NCBI RefSeq assembly: GCF_963921235.1 | Contig: NC_086097.1 | Span: forward strand, 192,698,001-192,762,000 | Reading direction: 5' to 3' | From: Mobula hypostoma | Taxonomy: Eukaryota | Length of the DNA stretch: 64,000 nucleotides | Shown: positions 1 to 12,754 of the stretch, piece by piece | Numbering within the stretch: the stretch's first letter is position 1 | How the letters are laid out: each line of letters opens with the position of its first letter | Notes under the pieces: model-generated | What the model was told of the DNA's origin: nothing | The model's input: the letters and a program-made list of their open reading frames with translations, nothing else | The model's database searches: none | Position numbers and translations under genes: made by a program

Positions 1-1170
1 AAGCTTTCTTAACTACCCTATCCACCTGTGAGGCAACTTTCAGGGATCTGTGAACATGTACCCCAAGATCCTTCTGCTCCTCCACACTACCAAGTATCCT
101 GCCATTTATTTTGTACTCTGCCTTGGATTTTGTCCTTCCAAAGTGTACCACCTCACACTTCTCTGGGTTGAACTCCATCTGCCACTTCTCAGCCCACTTC
201 TGCATCCTATCAATGTCTCTCTGCAATCTTTGACAATCCTCTACACTATCTACAACACAACACCACCCACCTTTGTGTCGTCTGCAAACTTGCCAACCCA
301 CCCTTCTACCCCCACATCCAGGTCGTTAATAAAAAACACGAAAAGTAGAGGTCCCAGAACAGATCCTTGTGGGACACCACTAGTCACAATCCTCCAATCT
401 GAATGAACTCCCTCCACCACCACCCTCTACCTTCTGCAGGCAAGCCAATTCTGAATCCACCTGGCCAAACTTCCCTGGATCCCATGCCTTATAACTTTCT
501 GAATAAGCCTAACGTGTGGAACCTTGTCAAATGCCTTACTAAAATCCATATAGATCACATCCACTGCACTACCCTCATCTATATGCCTGGTCACCTCCTC
601 AAAGAACTCTATCAGACTTGGCAGACACGATCTGCCTTTCACAAAGCCATGCTGACTGTCCCTGGTCAGACCATGATTCTCTAAATGCCTATAGATCCTA
701 TCTCTAAGAATCTTTTCCAACAGCTTTCCCACCACAGACATAAGGCTCATTGGTCTATAATTACCCGGACTATCCCTACTATATTTTTTGAACAAGGGAA
801 CAACATTCGCCTCCCTCCAATCCTCCGGTACCATTCCCGTGGACAACAAGGACATAAAGATGCTAGCCAGAGGCTCAGCAATCTCTTCTCTCGCCTCGTG
901 GAGCAGCCTGGGGAATATTCCATCAGGCCCCGGGGACTTATCTGTCCTAATGTATTTTAACAACTCCAACACCTCCTCTCCCTTAATATCAGCATGCTCC
1001 AGAACATCAACCTCACTCATATTGTCCTCACCATCATCAAGTTCCCTCTCATTGGTGAATACCGAAGAGAAGTATTCATTGAGGACCTCGCTCACTTCCA
1101 CAGCCTCCAGGCACATCTTCCCACCTTTATCTCTAATTGGTCCTACCTTCACTCCTGTCATCCTTTTTTT
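1..1170 (-). mobile_element. CR1-type LINE ORF2 fragment (reverse transcriptase), runs off the window edge
   Basis: ORF 427..1161(-) has CR1 RT motifs KSPGPDGIFPRLL, VPEDWREANVVPLFKK, NYRP.SL, SQHGFVKGRSC, DVIYMDFSKAFDKVPH. The antisense of [12 protein letters not shown] lies near 340-385. Confidence 0.95.
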
Positions 1171-1199
1171 TCTTCACATAATTGAAGAATAGGAAGTTG

Positions 1200-1475
1200 A
1201 GGATTCAATTGCAGAGTGAGGTACGGAGGCCCATGTTCTGCAACTTCTCAATCAGGATTATGGGAATGATGGTATTAAATGCTGAGCTATAGTTGATGAA
1301 CAGCATCCTGACATAGGTGACTGTGTGGGCCTTGTGGTCTAAAGCCGAATGGAGAGCCATTGAGATTGCGTCTGATATTGACCGATTGTGGCTGGCAATA
1401 GGCAAATTGCAATGGGTCAAGGTCCTTGCTGAGGCAGAAGTTCAGTCTAGTCATGACCAGCCTCTCAAAGCATTC
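1200..1475 (-). mobile_element. Rex1/Babar-like LINE RT fragment
   Basis: Frameshifted peptides [18 protein letters not shown] and [35 protein letters not shown]. Confidence 0.85.
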
Positions 1476-1838
1476 ATGATTCATGATTCTTAACCAAATA
1501 TGCATCAACTTCCAAAATGTTGATTTGCTCCACAGCTGGGTAACATTCTTAATTATAGCAGCAATGCAAGTGTTTCATTAGGCAATGGGTTTCCCACCTT
1601 GATTATTCTCTTCCTTCCAGTAATCGTTATGAACAATGACACCCTCATCTTCTATATATTAACCTATATTCAGAGACTGAGCTTAAAAATAGATGCTAAT
1701 TGGTATAGTTAGGTGCTAATTGATATAGCTGGGGATTAATTGTTTGAAATATTTATTACAGTCTAAAGATATGTAGTTTAGTAGGTTAAGCAACCACTCT
1801 AAGTTGCCTCCATTATGTAGGTGAGTTGTAAAATCTGG

Positions 1839-2057
1839 GCAACACACATCAAAGTTGCTGGTGAACGCAGCAGGCCAGGCAGCATCTATAGGAAGAGGCG
1901 CAGTCGACGTTTCAGGCCGAGACCCTTCGTCTGAAGGGTCTCGGCCTGAAACGTCGACTGCGCCTCTTCCTATAGATGCTGCCTGGCCTGCTGCGTTCAC
2001 CAGCAACTTTGATGTGTGTTGCTTGAATTTCCAGCATCTGCAGAATTCCTGTTGTTT
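1839..2057 (+). mobile_element. Penelope-like pLTR-derived hairpin mini-element (young copy 1)
   Basis: Perfect 90-bp inverted repeat (1839-1928 / 1933-2022) plus a ~35-nt unpaired 3' tail. Flanked by the direct repeat TTGTAAAATCTGGG (1826-1839, 2056-2069). Arms carry hammerhead stem II-GAAACGTC. Confidence 0.85.
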
Positions 2058-2204
2058 GTAAAATCTGGGGATGGTTGTTGAGAACGTGAGAAGAATGAAA
2101 AGATAGATTCATTTAAGTAGGTGGTTGCTGGTCAGCATAGATCCGATGGGCTGAGGGGCCTGTTTCTATGCTATATGACTCTATCACCTCTCCTTAGCAC
2201 ATGT

Positions 2205-2441
2205 CATAGGAAGTCATTCCTGCCTGTGGCCATCAAACTTTACAACTCCTCCCTTGGAGGGTCAGACACCCTGAGCCAATAGGCTGGTCCTGGACTTATT
2301 TCCTGGCATAATTTGTATATTACTATTTAATTATTTATGGTTTTATATTGCTATATTTATACTCTATTCTTGGTTGGTGCAACTGTAATGAAAACCAATT
2401 TCCCTCGGAATCAATAAAATATGACTATGACTATGACTATG
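2205..2441 (+). mobile_element. 3' end of a Rex1-like LINE with (CTATGA)n tail
   Basis: Terminal ORF peptide RKSFLPVAIKLYN, then AATAAA and GACTATGACTATGACTATG tail. Confidence 0.75.
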
Positions 2442-3989
2442 TGCTAAACTCACTACAGAATGATACACAATTGTGGTTGATGGTGGACCTTCTCTTCTAA
2501 GTGCTTTCCAGTCATCCCCCATCCTGATCTTTCAATTCAAAATCCTCAAAGTTTGTGTGAATATTGGTATTCACACAAGCACTCTTTGCAAATATTTGCT
2601 GAGAGGGAATTAAGACAGCAGCTGCAGTAAGTGAGCCTTTATTCTAATGGGACATGGACAGGTTTAAATACCCAACTGAACTGATGCTCAGACTTGTCTA
2701 ATGTTCCCTGGTCAGTTTCCTGGGAAATCTATCTTGCTCAAGTCAAATTGGAGATGAGTTAAAAATAAATTTTAAAATACCCCAGTGAAGTCTAATATGA
2801 AATTGAAGATGCACAACAATGTCGGTATCTCTTTACTTTTAATTTAAAGAAACAGTGACTTCAATGAGTATGTTTCCAATTGGCTTCTAAATACTGTGTT
2901 GTTTAAACCTAAAGCCTTTCTAAATAAATGCAATATGTGCACCTCAATAAGCTTACCGCACACATGTTCTTTGGGAATAAAATTTTTCTCATTCATGTTT
3001 GATAAATCTTATGTGAGACGTGTCCCTCAATCTAATGCTATACTTTGTGATACATCATCGACCACACTTATGCTACCACTTGATTTTTGCGGCTGAGCAG
3101 ATTTGAGGGTAATATCAGCAATGCTGCTGCAGTCATTGCATGAGGTACAGCGGGCTGTAAAGAACAAATCGGCCTCAGAATGCAAAAACTAAGGCACCAT
3201 ATGGGAAGCATCCTAATAACCTTTTGAAAGACCCTTCTGTTAAAGGTCTTTATACTTTCCAAAAGTCTCTGGGTTACAGTTCAAAAACTGAAAATGAGAC
3301 CTTTTAAATATTATTTAAACATTGATGGTTTATAAGTATGTACAAAACATGTGAACATTGGTTAACTATATTTAAACATAAATACACATTAAATGAAAGT
3401 ACACAAGCGGTGTCTAACTTCCCTCAGTTCAGAAGCTTTGGACATGATGATGACCATTGACTATCTGTCAGTAAACGCTGGAACATTGTGTTTGGGTGGT
3501 TTTGAAAAGAAATTCCAAATATGTATTATCTACAATCACCTCTTCCTCTGTAGCCCTCTTTTTAAAACGAGTGTTCTAGGTCAGATGTACTCTAAAAATT
3601 ACCATTTGTCCTAATGGGTGGATTGGATAATGACAGCAGCAGTGCACTGCTGAAAAGTTCACTAATGTTACAAAGATTCACTGAGGTTCACACCAGGATA
3701 GCATGGTCTAGTTTCCCCTACAGCGCCACAAAAGGAATAATGAACTGGAATTGATGCAGTTTCATCTGCTACTGATGCAGAAGTCATGGCAGATGTGCAA
3801 GAATAATCGACATCTGGAAAGATCATACGCCTGGAATGACCTAAAACAAGCCATAAGCAGTTGTTATCAGATTGCACCCCATGATTAATCAGTGTTCAAA
3901 CTGAATCAATCTGATTTCTGGGTCAAGATGTCCAGCCAAGGTAATGATCTGATACTCGTAGAGGAATTGGTGTACTTCAGTATATTGGA

Positions 3990-4510
3990 ACATGTGAATC
4001 AGCAGCAGGAGCTGGCCATTCAGCCCCACGTCCCTGCTTCACTCTTCAATAAGATAGTGGCTGATTGGAACCTCAGCTCTGCATTCCTATCTATATGCTG
4101 TAATCTTTCAAATTTCACTTGCCATCTCAGTTATCTGTCTGTCATTGTCTTGAAAATACACAAAGACGCTTCTTCAACTGTCCTTTGAAGAAAAGCATCA
4201 CTAAGATTTATGACTTCAGACAAAGAAAGTTTACACCATTTCAGTCTGAAAATGGGTAACCCTATTTTTTTAAAAGTGACGCCTACTTCCAGGTTCTCCC
4301 ACAAGAAGGATTACCTTCTCTATATCCATCCTTTCAAGACCCCTCATGATCTTATATGAATCAATCAAGTATCTTCTCAGTTTTCTAAATCCCAAATTCT
4401 ATAATCCAAGCCTGTACAACATTTCTTCATGAGATAACCCACCCTTTCCAGTTTTAGTTGGGTAAACCTTCCCTGACACATTACCAATGCAGTAATATGA
4501 TTCCTTAAAT
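3990..4510 (-). mobile_element. Old degraded CR1 3' region
   Basis: Degenerate antisense match to the CR1 3' end seen in younger copies in this window (e.g. GGCCATTCAGCCCC, ATCCATCCTTTCAAGACCCCTCATGATCTTATA). Confidence 0.6.
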
Positions 4511-5734
4511 AAAGTGAAAAGAGGATTGCAAAGGGCTATCAGACTCGCAGCGGTACAATTAATCAGGAAGAATGACAAAATGTTATTGTTTTATAGCTCT
4601 GCAATTTCTCACCATTTTGATGGTGGAGGTACTTTTAGTATATCCGATATCTTCACAATCTTTGTTAAGTTAATCAATTTTCTTAAAAGCTTAGGGGTAG
4701 CACTGAAACTTATAAGCTTATCTTTGGACAATTCCTTTCCATGATGTCAATCAGGAAACCACTGGAGGCAATTTTAATATTTAGCACAGCTAACGTTTGG
4801 TTATGTTGTATGGAAGCTTAGACATCACTGCCTAATTATGCGTCTGCAAGGGGAAGCCCAATTCATGAAGATTAAATGTTTTAATGACTGAAGCATGGAA
4901 TATTTTCTCATCTGTCATCAATAGCTCTGGATACGTGTGAAGCTATCATAACTTTTTCTCAATTCAGAGGAATTCGGATGTTTTGAAATCACTAGAAATA
5001 TTATTCCTGAAAGTATCTGGGAATTAGCTCCAGATATTCAGATTATTTATCCCGGAGTGCTACAAGATCACTGTGTAACTTCCACAGTAAAGGGAAGGAT
5101 GTAATTGGATAGATTGTATATTTGCATGTTAATGCTTCTGTATGAAGGGACATGTGTGGGTGACTCCTGAAGGAAACATCCAGCTATGTTTGCACTCAGC
5201 TGGTCAGCATATGTTAGTCAGACTTGCCTGTACTTAAATAATGTCGACAGCATAGGAAACCAACCCAGTGGTAATTTATGGACATTGTACAACTTGCAGT
5301 AAGAGTCCAATTTCCTTTTTGTTCATTGAAATTGAATTTCATAATGCATTGAAATTTGGTGCTTCACTATCCATTTTCTTGATAATTCTCTTCATTTTAA
5401 AATGTTCTAGTTGATCTAAAGTAGACCAGAGTGTTTCTTGTTTTGAGAAATGGGTACCCAAGTAGAAATGGGTAAAGTAGATTATACATTTATTGATGAC
5501 AAAATGTCATCAGGATATGTGGAACATTTTGGTTCTGCCAAACAATATTCTGTGTATACATAAGATTTGTTGTTAAAGCTTTATGAATATAATTCATAAA
5601 ACGGTGCTAAATTTTATTTATTATCACTTGGCAGGCTATCTGTTCACCACTTCATCACTCATATGCTTGTCAATGTACACTGCGCACAGTTATTTCAAAA
5701 GTCACGTTATCTGTTTACCAATTAATTTAATTAA

Positions 5735-6222
5735 TGGAATCATAGAACTATACAGCAGAGAAACAGGCCCGTTGACCTACTAAGTCCTTGAGGACCATTG
5801 GACTCACTTATACTGTTTATTTGCATTTGGTCCTTAGACTTCGATACCCTTTTCGTTTAAATGCTATCCAAATGTTTTCTAAATGGTGTGAGAATACCAC
5901 CTCCTCAGGGAGCATATTACAGACTATAATCCTCGCTATGTGGAAAGAAAACTTTTGAATTCCTCAATGCCGTCTACCTCTCACCCTATATCAATGCCTT
6001 TTTGTTTTAACCATCACCATCTTTTGATCCCCTTTTATTCTTATATACCTGAAATTAATTTTATATATCAGATCACCCGTCATCTCCTATTCCAGGGAAA
6101 ACAAACCTAGCCTATCCAATCTGTCCTTAAAATGGAAATGCTCCAATCCAGGCAACTTCTCTTCTGTTTCCATAACAATCACATCCTTCCTATAGGGTGA
6201 TGAACAGAACTGCATACAGTAC
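5735..6222 (-). mobile_element. Old degraded CR1 3' region
   Basis: Starts AATCATAGAACTATACAGCAGAGAAACAGGCCC and ends GTGATGAACAGAACTGCATACAGTAC, the antisense of the EYCVQFW motif. Confidence 0.6.
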
Positions 6223-6223
6223 A

Positions 6224-6336
6224 AAAGAAATTCTGCAGATGATGGAAATTCAAAGCAACATGGACAAAGTGCTGGAGAAAATCAGCAGGTCAGGCAGTAT
6301 CCATTGAAATGAACAGTCAACATTTTAGGCCGAGAC
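6224..6336. repeat. Degenerate arm of the Penelope-like hairpin element, interrupted by a CR1 3' end
   Basis: TTCTGCAGATGATGGAAATTCAAAGCAACA...CAGCAGGTCAGGCAGTATC...CAGTCAACATTTTAGGCCGAGAC matches the reverse complement of 1935-2050. Confidence 0.7.
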
Positions 6337-6665
6337 ATGTTCCTGATGTTGGGGGAGTCCAGAACCAGGGGCCACAGTTTAAGAATAAGGGGTAGGCCAT
6401 TTAGAACGGAGTTGTGGAAGAACTTTTTCACCCAGAGAGTTGTGGATCTGTGGAATGCTCTACCTCAGAAGGCAATGGAGGCCAATTCTCTGGATGCTTT
6501 CAAGAGAGAGTGAGATAGAGCACTTAAAGGTAGCGAAGTCAAGGGATATAGGGAGAAGGCAAGAACGGGGTACTGATTGTGGATGATCAGCCATGATCAC
6601 AGTGAATGGCGGTGCTGGCTCGAAGGGCCCAATGGCCTACTCCTGCACCTATTGTCTATTGTCTT
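6337..6665 (+). mobile_element. 5'-truncated CR1 3' end
   Basis: Encodes MFLMLGESRTRGHSLRIRGRPFRTE..NFFTQRVVDLWNALP; ends in CTATTGTCTATTGTCT tail. Confidence 0.9.
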
Positions 6666-6900
6666 TTGAGACTCTTTTTCATGACTGGAAAGGAAGGAGG
6701 AAGTTGCTAGAATAAAAAAAAATGGGGGTTTGGCCTAAACAATGCCTTGTAAGATTATACCATAACCTTTCTGGTCTTATATTACATGCCATGTCTGATA
6801 AAGGCATTGGCATGGAACATGGAACTGGTTTATTATTGACAGATGTAGCAAATTTAGTGAAAAATTTAGTTTTGCTTGCCAAAGCATAAGTATTAGTGCA

Positions 6901-7279
6901 ATCACTCAAGTTGAGTATGATGTTCTCCTAGTGGGTTATTCCTTTAATGGAGAACTCCTGTGCATGAATTTGTTTAAACTGGGAAGGCTGATGCACAGTC
7001 AGACATAACACGGTCCTTGACACATCGGGGTCAGGGTCCAATGACATGCAAGTCAAGATGACTGGAGTCCCTTTGTTGCCGTTGTGATGTGACATCATCT
7101 TCCCTCAGCTCCACTGTTCAGAACTTGGTTTGATCACTCTTCGTCTGGGACCTCCCCCTTGACCTTACCAACACAGGTAATCCTACCATGTGCTAAGCTC
7201 CAGACAGCGTCACCCTCAAGATCTCAGAAACTTACGAGTCTCTCAGTCACGACAAGGGAACAATCCTTGGAGAAGAAAA
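6901..7279 (-). mobile_element. RTE-derived non-autonomous mini-element (5' UTR joined to 3' end)
   Basis: Minus strand reads CCTTGTCGTGACTGAGAGACTCG...GGTAGGATTACC...GGTAAGGTCAAGGGGGAGGTCCCAGACGAAGAG, resembling RTE/Expander 5' UTRs, and ends CATACTCAACTTGAGTGAT. No ORF. Confidence 0.5.
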
Positions 7280-7384
7280 AGTACATTGAGGTAGTAGAAG
7301 GAAAAAGCAATAAGAGAATGCCGATTACAGAGTTACGGTTACAGAGGAAGTTCAGTACAAGTCACAACAAGGTCAACAGCAGAT

Positions 7385-7870
7385 GCCATTTCATTGACTC
7401 TTCATTCAACCTTGGAACATGTGGACAGTAAAGATACATACATCAGGAAGCTCTTCATTGACAACAGCTTTGCATTCACCACTATCATCCCTTCAAAACT
7501 AATCAATAAATTCCAGAAGCTAGGTCTCAATACCTCCTTGTGTATGTAGCTCGATCCTTGATTTCCTCATTTGCAGACTACAGTCAGTTCGGATTGGCAA
7601 CAACATCTTTTCCACAATCAGCAATAGCACAGGTACACAACAAGGCTGTATGCTCAGCTCCCTGCTCTACTCGCTTTATACTTATGACTGTGAGGTTAAG
7701 CACAGCTCCAATGACGTATTAAAATTTGCTGACGACACCATTGTTGTTGGCTGAATCAAAGGTGGTGACAAAACAACATATAGGAGGAAGATTGAAAATC
7801 TGGCTGAGTGGTGCCATGACAGCCTCTAGCTCAATATCAGCAAAATCAAAGAACTGATTATTGCCCGTGA
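7385..7870 (+). mobile_element. Degraded Rex1-like LINE RT fragment
   Basis: Peptides [18 protein letters not shown] and LKFADDTIVVG, with stops and frameshifts. Confidence 0.8.
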
Positions 7871-7935
7871 TATTTATTATTATTGTTATTATTATTTATT
7901 ATTATATATATTATTATTAATAATATTATTATTAT
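7870..7935. repeat. Imperfect (ATT)n microsatellite / AT-rich tract
   Basis: TATTATTATTGTTATTATTATTTATTATTATATATATTATTATTAATAATATTATTATTA seen directly. Confidence 0.9.
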
Positions 7936-9364
7936 GTTCTCTTTTGTATTTGCAGTTTGTTGTCTTTTGCACACTGGATGTTTGTATGTCCTGTTGGGCA
8001 CACTGAGTACGCCTGCAAGACAACGAATCTCAGGGTTGCATATGGTGACATATATATTTACATATATACTTCAATTTTACATTTACTTTGAACTTTGGAA
8101 ACTTTGAACTTTTAGTTGTTTGCCTGTCTTTGTTGTGTGTGGTTGACTCTATTGTGCTTCTTTGCCTTTCTGTGAACACTCACAAGAAAATGAATCTCAG
8201 GGTGGTGACATGTATTAGTTTGATAATAAATGCACTTTGTACCTGGAAATTTGAAGTAGACAATAAGGTGCAAGGCCATAATGTGACAGACTGTAAGGTC
8301 AACAGTTCATCTTTAGCATATAAAAGGTCTGTTAATGGCAGGATAGAAGCTCTGCTTGAGATTGGTAGTACACGTTTTCAAGCTTTTGTATCTTCTGCCA
8401 GATGGAAGGGGTGAAAAGAGAAATTGTATGGGTTGGCAAGCATCCCATATGCCTTCTTCATTACCCCATTTTCTGGGCTTAGATCCTCAGGTTCTTCTGT
8501 TATCATCAGTACTCCCAAGGGTTCCACCAGTTACTGCGCATGTCCTACCTTTATTTGACTTTCCAAAATACATCACTTCACACTGTCAGGATTAAGTTCC
8601 ATCCGCCATTGCTCCAAAACAACTTTCCAACTGAACAATATCATGCCATAGCCAATGCTCATATTTTGAAGAAAACTTTTAAATATAAGTTATTATTTCC
8701 TCCTTGTTGTGATACATTTTAACTGTGCATTTTAAAACTAGATTATTACCATTCTAATGTAAAAATTGATTAGATTTTCCTCATTGAACAAAGTATTCAG
8801 AACCTTGAGTATAATTTATAACAGAGAAATCTGTTATCTGCATCACAAATCTCGTGAACTTATGACAGGTTTTAATTGAAATACAACATTTAGAACAAGT
8901 ACATTACTAGAATTTACCAATGTAATAATGGTGAAACTGTCAACACTTGCCATCTTTCTGCACTAAGTGACATCAAGTAACTTTATCCATGTGTGCAACT
9001 GAAATACAGAAGGTACTGTTAGGGAACCCTGCTGTTTACATAGTGTGTTTTGGGTTTTCACAGTTTCTGTCAAACCAATATTGGCAATTTTACAAGAACT
9101 TTTATTGTCCACACACCATTTCTGCCATAAAAACTTTCAGTAACACTCTCATTTTAGAACAATTTGTTACTGAGTTTTAACTGTTGTAATAAATTATATT
9201 TACTGCTAAGTAACCTCACTGGATTGAAAATATAATTTAGAAGTCATAGACTGTTATTCCCTTCTTTCTATTATTTGAAGAAATTACATAGAATTTTGAA
9301 ATATTAAAACCAATTTTTTATTTTAGTTTGTGCCTTAATTTTTCCATGTGTTCCTGTTCTTTAG

Positions 9365-11237
9365 AACACAAGACCATAAGACAATAAGATATAGGAACAG
9401 AATTAGGTCATTTGGTCCATCAAGTCTGCTCCACCATTCAATCATGGCTGATCCTTTTTTTCCCCTCCTCAGCCCTATTCGTTGGCCTTCTCCCTGTAAT
9501 CTTTGATGCCGTGGCCAATCAAGAACCTATCAATCTCCACCTTAAATACACCACGACCTGGCCTCCACAGCTACCTGTGGCAACAAATTCCCCAAATTCA
9601 CCACCCTCTGGCTAAAGAAATTTCTCCGCATCTCTGTTTTAAATGCATGCCGCTTAATCCTGAGGCTGTGCCCACTTGTCCTGGACTCCCCCACCAAGGT
9701 AAACATCCTTTTCACATATACTCTACCTATGCCTTTCAACATTCAAAAGGTTTCAATGAGATTCCCCCCTCATCATTCTAAATTCCAGTGAGTACAAGCC
9801 CAGAGTCATGAAACATGCCTCGTATGATTACCTTTTCATTCCTGGAATCATTCTTGAGAACCTCCTCTGAACCTTCTCCAATGCCAGCATACCTTTTCTA
9901 AGATAAGGAGCCCAAAACTGTTCACAATATTCAAGGTGAGGCCTCACCAGTGCTGTATACATCCTCAGCATCACATTCCTACTCTTGCATTCCAGACCAC
10001 TTGAAATGAATGTTAACATTGCATTTGGCTTCCTCACCAGTGACTCCAACTGCAAGTTAAGGGTGTTCTGCACAAGGACTCACAAGTCACTTTGCATCTC
10101 AATTTTTTGGATTTTCTTCTCATTTAGAAAATAGACTGCACATTTATTTCTACTACCATAGTGCATGACCATGTATTTTCCAACACCGTATTTCATTTGC
10201 TACTTTCTAGCCCATTCTCCTAATCTGTCTAAGCCCTTCTGCATCCTTCCTGTTTCCTCAACACTACCTGCCCCTCCACCAATCTTCGTATCATCTGCAA
10301 TCTTGGCAATAACCATTTATTCCATCATCTACATCATTGATATACAGCATAAAAATAAGTGGACCCAACACCAACCCCTGAGAAATACCACTAGTTACTG
10401 ACAGCCAACCAGAAAAGGATCCTTTTATTCCCACTCACTACTACGAATCAGCCAATGCTCTAACTATGCTAGTAACTTGGGCCCTTAACTTAGTAAGCAG
10501 CCTCATGTGTGGCACCTTTTCAAAGGCCTTCTGAAAATCCAAATATATAATATCTCCTTTATCTATCCTACTTGTAGTCTCTCAAAGAATTCCAACAGGT
10601 TTGTCAGGCAAGGTATTCACTTAAGGAAACCATGCTGACTTTGTCCTATCTTGTCCTGTGTCACTAAGTACTCTACAACCTCATCCTTAACAATTGGCTC
10701 CAATGTCTTCCAACCACTGAGGTCAGGCTAACTGGTCTATAATTTCCTTTCTGCTGCCTCCCTTCTTTCTTAAAGATTGGAGTGACATTTGCAATTTTTC
10801 AGTCCTCTGGAATCATACTAACATCCAATGATTCTTGAAAGATCATTCCTAGTGCCTCCACAATATCTACCACTACCTCTTTCAGAACCCTTGTGCACAG
10901 TTCATCTGGTCTGGGTGACTTATGTACCTTTAGGTCTTTCAGCTTTTTGAGCATTTTTCCCTTGTAATAGTAACTGCACTCACTTCTCTTCCTTCAAACC
11001 CTTCCACAGCTGGCACACTGCTGGTGTCTTCCACAGTGAATACTGATGCAAAATACTCATTTAGTTCATCTGCCATCTTCTTGTCATCCATTATTATTTT
11101 TCCAGCCTCATTTTCTACTGGTCCTATATCCACTCTCATCTCTCTTTTATTTTTTATATACTTGAAAAAGCTTTTGTTATCCATCTTGATATTGTTTGCT
11201 AGCTTGCTTTCATATTTCATCTTTTCCCTCCGAATGA
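9365..11237 (-). mobile_element. CR1 LINE, 5'-truncated and degraded
   Basis: Minus-strand ORFs with LVRPHLEYCEQFWAPY, NFFSQRVVNL, KYESKLANNIK..KSFFKYIK, MADELNEYFASVFTVED. Tail AAGACCATAAGAC at the left end. Confidence 0.92.
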
Positions 11238-11264
11238 TTCTTTATCTTGCTTTCTCTAAAATGC

Positions 11265-11578
11265 GGGCACCACAGTACTGTAATGGTTAGCGTGACACTA
11301 TTGCAGGTCGAGGTGCGAAGTTCAGAGATCAATTCCAAATTCATCTGTAAGGAGTCTGTATGTTGTCCTATTTGGCTTTTCTCCAGGTGCTCCAGTTTCT
11401 TCCCACAGTCCAAAGGCGTGCCGGTTTGTAGGTTAATTGATCATTGTAAGTTGTTCTGTGATTAGGCAAGGTTTAAATCAGGAGTTGCTGGGTTGCGGGG
11501 GGGGGGTGGTGGGCATAGCTCAGAGGGCTAGAAGGGCCTGTTCTGCACTCTTATCTCAATAAATAAATAAAATAAGAA
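11265..11578 (+). mobile_element. tRNA-derived V-SINE (HE1-like)
   Basis: A-box-like TGTAATGGTTAGC; V-domain-like TTTTCTCCAGGTGCTCCAGTTTCTTCCCACAGTCCAAAGGCGTG; 3' end GGGCTAGAAGGGCCTGTTCTGCAC..AATAAATAAATAAA. Confidence 0.8.
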
Positions 11579-12754
11579 AAATGTAATACAACTTTGGCAT
11601 TCCTTTCATAAGAATTATTCAGTCTGAATGGTGGCATAGTTTGGTGTTGACTTCACTGTTGCTTGATGCCATAGATCTCCTTCACAGTGTATGTCATATT
11701 GGGACAAAAGATGCAACAGAGAATTTTAAATTGAAAGCAGCTTTTCTAAAAGTAGTGATGAGCACCATCCTTCCATTGTCATTCTATAACTTAAAAAGAT
11801 GGAAACTTAACATTAAGTTTTTAATTCTAATTTTGTTTTATTTTCCAGTATTTATTCCTTTTTTGTGTGAGTGCTGATATAGATCTCTGAGGTTTAATGT
11901 GCTTTGTGCTCAATGATCGGTTAATTGCTCATCAAGCATAAAATGAAACTCAATACCATCTTCATCTAACATCTATAGGTATTCATTTTCAGCAGAAATC
12001 AGAGGCTGATCATCTGAGTGATTTGTTTTCTTCTTTCCAGAGGCATTGAACCCAATTGTGAGGAATTGAACACCTAGCCAAGGTGTGTTGTTAAATAGAC
12101 ATGGATGTTTGTAGCATTAATGAACATTTCATATGCCTGGAGACAGTGACTGAAATTTGTAATAATAAAATGAAAATGGTTGTTATTGATTGAAGCAAAA
12201 ATCTAAGAGGTCAGGCATTCGTGGTCATTTTAGTAATGTAATTCATAGACCTTATAGCTCATGAAAAATGGTCTTTGTCCTATTATATACTTAGAACCTC
12301 TTTTAAATAATTAAATATATAATCCTTCTTCTACAGCTGTAATTGTGTTTTGTGAAACTGGTGCTTTACTAGCTGTTAATATCACAATACTCACTATGGG
12401 TGTCACGTGATATCACCAGGCATCATATGGAAAGATATGGAAGATTCCAAACTTGCTCACTATCCTCACCCTCATGATCTTGTCATTACCATCTCATACG
12501 CATTTATGTTTATTGATCTCTGTTCCCTCTATAAAGGGTAGATTGAAGCCAGCTCACTGGTGCTCTGCTCCTATTCTTGCACTTTGGACTACATGTTTAT
12601 ATTTGCAAAAATAATACAGACTAGGTATATCTTCTCCTTCATTTTGAAAGAATCAGTTTGTGTTTTTTTTTAACTAGTTGCCAAGTTTCAGGAAAAATAA
12701 GGACAAGTATAGGCTAATATACTGTAGTTATTAACCTCTTTAAACAGATCAAAA

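Noticed and set aside
50..1192. Plus-strand ORFs such as [24 protein letters not shown] (similar ones at 38874-39278, 44587-44943 and 42361-42720)
   Set aside because: Antisense shadows of LINE RT coding sequence.
1839..2022. MITE, rho-independent terminator or pre-miRNA
   Set aside because: The asymmetric tail and variable 10-14 bp TSDs argue against a MITE. The context is eukaryotic, and the 90-bp perfect stem is repeat-derived with no small-RNA evidence.
1716..2112. ORFs on both strands encoding the same peptide LVNAAGQAASIGRGAVDVSGRDP (also 63239-63847 and 63457-63771)
   Set aside because: An artefact of the perfect DNA palindrome. The reading frames run into unrelated flanks and show no sign of being genes.
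3668..3990. ORF 3668..3877(-) and the start of 3892..4188(+) as host exons
   Set aside because: No recognisable protein. GNDLILVEELVYF looks more like a very old LINE RT remnant, too weak to annotate.
12026..12088. Candidate 42-nt exon (TTTTCTTCTTTCCAG ... AAG/GTGTGT)
   Set aside because: Stop codons in all three frames and a weak donor; cannot be supported without transcript data.
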